The notes under the pieces are model-generated. The model was not told the DNA's origin. It searched no databases and saw only the letters and a list, made by a program, of their open reading frames with translations. DNA of 63,425 nt, filler included, from Blastocystis sp. subtype 4 (Eukaryota): the NCBI RefSeq assembly GCF_000743755.1. It is 32 parts of 32 records of this genome, joined end to end, with 100 filler letters (N's around TTAATTAATTAA, not from the genome) between each part and the next. Parts side by side here need not be neighbours in the genome. Positions count along the whole stretch, not along the records: positions 61,762 to 63,425 come from NW_014568773.1; 31 more parts are not named here. One strand, written 5' to 3'. Position numbers and translations under genes: made by a program. Of the stretch, positions 62,860 to 63,425 are shown in pieces. Position 1 is the first letter of the stretch; every line of letters starts with the position of its first letter.

Positions 62860-63425
62860 ATGAATGAAAGAGAATGATTAGAGAATGAAACAAAGATAAC
62901 ATAGTGTGGATTGTTCGTATCAGTTGTAGTCTTGTTGGGAATCATTGTTTCTTCACATCATCAATTGATCATTTCCTCTTGATGATTTGAATGATAATCA
63001 TGATTATCACAACCACAGTGATGATAACACAAATGATGAAGAATTCTACAACAATCCATATTCAACTATCAACACACAATGCAGTGATACAACTATGATG
63101 AATAGAAACACAAACTAAGTAGAATTAACGAAATGATAACAAATTGATGATATAGAGGATGAAAAAGCAAGATATGACTATGAATGATGAGATATGAATA
63201 GAATTGATATGATATGAGAATAGAGATGATTCCCGCGGTAAGAATAAGGAGAATCAGGTTAATGAAAAAGTCATAATAACATAGAAAGAATGATTGATAA
63301 TAAGAATATGAGTGTAGATAATGTTAAATCAATATCAAAGAAGATGAATGGAGTAGAATGGAGAATGAAGTGGAAAGAGTACTTGAAAGAGAGTGTATTG
63401 AATAGTAATAAGAATTGTATGTTGA
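62860..63425 (-). repeat. Copy of the dispersed upstream repeat (cf. 5981-6560)
   Basis: Reverse complement aligns with 5985-6560. Confidence 0.8.

Overview
This is not one continuous locus. It is a concatenation of about 32 short contigs (mostly ~1.7-1.9 kb) joined by 31 artificial N44-TTAATTAATTAA-N44 linkers, so no synteny can be read across linkers. The DNA is from an AT-rich eukaryote with ~30-nt GT-AG introns, a TGTTTGTT motif just downstream of gene ends and mitochondrion-type targeting peptides; together these point to Blastocystis (inference). Host content includes an ABCC transporter, MO25, actin, an IST1-like protein, ADP-ribosylglycohydrolase flanked by Fe-alcohol dehydrogenase fragments, an MFS transporter and tRNA-Arg(ACG). 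It also includes fragments of RPL10, RPL5, eEF1B-gamma, NDUFA9 and a PNO/CPR-type gene, plus expanded families of Ig-like surface proteins, MORN/LRR proteins and glycosyltransferase-like proteins. The most interesting signal is a dispersed, multi-copy, intronless element family. It encodes proteins with the motif pattern of Polinton-like virus/adintovirus/virophage minor capsid (penton) proteins and a fibre-like protein. It is linked to a TGTAGTAG-based palindromic repeat array, palindromic AGTAAA(A)TG initiator motifs and a conserved hairpin-ended non-coding module, and several copies directly abut host genes. This suggests an endogenous DNA virus family. No polymerase, packaging ATPase, integrase or clear major capsid core was recognised in this window. 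Two genes also appear to use polyadenylation-created stop codons.
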